Origin: Dehalococcoidia bacterium
GTDB taxonomy: Bacteria > Chloroflexota > Dehalococcoidia > UBA2979
Reading direction: 5' to 3'
DNA: 64,000 nucleotides
NCBI GenBank assembly: GCA_050248355.1
Contig: JBFWSN010000005.1
Coordinates: 37,476-101,475 of the forward strand
Shown piece by piece: positions 63,379 to 64,000 of the stretch. A model generated the notes under the pieces. It saw nothing but the letters and a program-made list of their open reading frames with translations. It was not told where the DNA came from and did no database searches. Made by a program: the position numbers and the translations under genes. Numbering within the stretch: position 1 is the first letter of the stretch; each line of letters starts with the position of its first letter.

Positions 63379-63870
63379 ATGACGACGCAAGAGCAGACCG
63401 ACATGGTGGCGCAGATGTTCCCGTTGCCCGACGGGGCGAAGCGGCTCCAGTGGTTCGTGGGGGAGTGGACGCTGAGCGGGACGCTGCAGATGGGCGAGGA
63501 CACCCTGCCTATCAGCGGGGACTGGTCGATGACGCCGGCGGCCGGCGGCTGGGGGGTGCGGTCGCATCTCGAGGGGACGATCGAGGGCTTCGGCGCGATG
63601 CTCGAGGACGACCTGCTCGGGTTCGACCAGGAGACCGGCCTGGTCCATCTCTATAGCCTGACCAACACCGGCAACGTGCACGACCACACCGGGCCGTGGC
63701 GCGAGGACGGCGATGTTGACCTCGTATGTGAGGGCACGCAGCAGGGGCAGCCGTATCGCGAGGAGATCGAGCTGCGCTGCGATGGCGACCGCCGGTTCAC
63801 TGTACGCGCGGTGGAACGCGTCGGCGGCGAGGTGACATCGGTGATGGTGGCGACGCTGACCCGTAAGTAG
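63379..63870 (+). CDS. hypothetical protein (DUF1579-like beta-rich domain)
   Basis: Start at the internal MTTQEQTDMVAQMFPLPDGAKRLQWFVGEWTLSGT. The upstream part of the track ORF is likely non-coding. Confidence 0.5.
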   Translation: MTTQEQTDMVAQMFPLPDGAKRLQWFVGEWTLSGTLQMGEDTLPISGDWSMTPAAGGWGVRSHLEGTIEGFGAMLEDDLLGFDQETGLVHLYSLTNTGNVHDHTGPWREDGDVDLVCEGTQQGQPYREEIELRCDGDRRFTVRAVERVGGEVTSVMVATLTRK

Positions 63871-64000
63871 GCGCCTGCCCCGGGCGAGGCGGCGCGGTCG
63901 CCGTCTCGTCCGGGCATCGTTGCTCGATGGTTGGGGGCTGTGCTAGCGTGAACGCACGCTCTCTTGACTCGCGGTGATCGCAGCGGGGCGTCGTGCCGGT

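Overview
This is a high-GC (about 68%) bacterial chromosomal window, densely coded and mostly on the minus strand. The gene content (split b6/subunit-IV cytochrome bc complex, MurT/GatD, TasA/SipW, rpsU-yqeY-pgpH synteny) suggests a Gram-positive-like or Chloroflexi/Thermomicrobia-like organism. All product calls are by eye from the translations; no database search was run. Many six-frame ORFs are antisense artefacts of the high GC and were ignored. The main blocks are:
- Purine biosynthesis genes scattered on the minus strand: purQ, then purH-purM-purF.
- A 7TM-HD (PgpH-like) gene followed by yqeY and rpsU.
- A cytochrome bc operon in the order b6, subunit IV, Rieske, di-haem cytochrome c, preceded by an unannotated 35-aa membrane ORF and followed by two unannotated desulforedoxin-like mini-ORFs.
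- A tasA-like / SipW-cognate / sipW operon beside an OmpR-type response regulator and PAS histidine kinase. Both flanks carry paired hairpins with the loop sequence GCGCCTCAT.
- folK-folP.
- A large sulfur-carrier-protein island: JAMM protease, rhodanese, CysM, CysO, a MoaD-E1 fusion, CysK, an Rrf2 regulator, and a MetM/MetO-like operon (MoaD, NIL-like protein, ThrC-like enzyme) that appears to sit behind a SAM-I riboswitch.
- lgt, an M23 peptidase, gatD-murT, two tandem tatA genes and two xdhC-like genes separated by a 370-nt structured spacer.
- ychF, gyrB, nadD-obg-dnaA with DnaA-box clusters on both sides of dnaA (candidate oriC, no adjacent dnaN), coaX-coaBC, a glycogen debranching enzyme, a GT4 glycosyltransferase, pepA, a PAP2 protein and a TPR-LuxR regulator.
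No rRNA, tRNA, CRISPR array or transposase was found. Coordinates of internal starts were derived by codon arithmetic from the ORF track and may be off by a few nucleotides.
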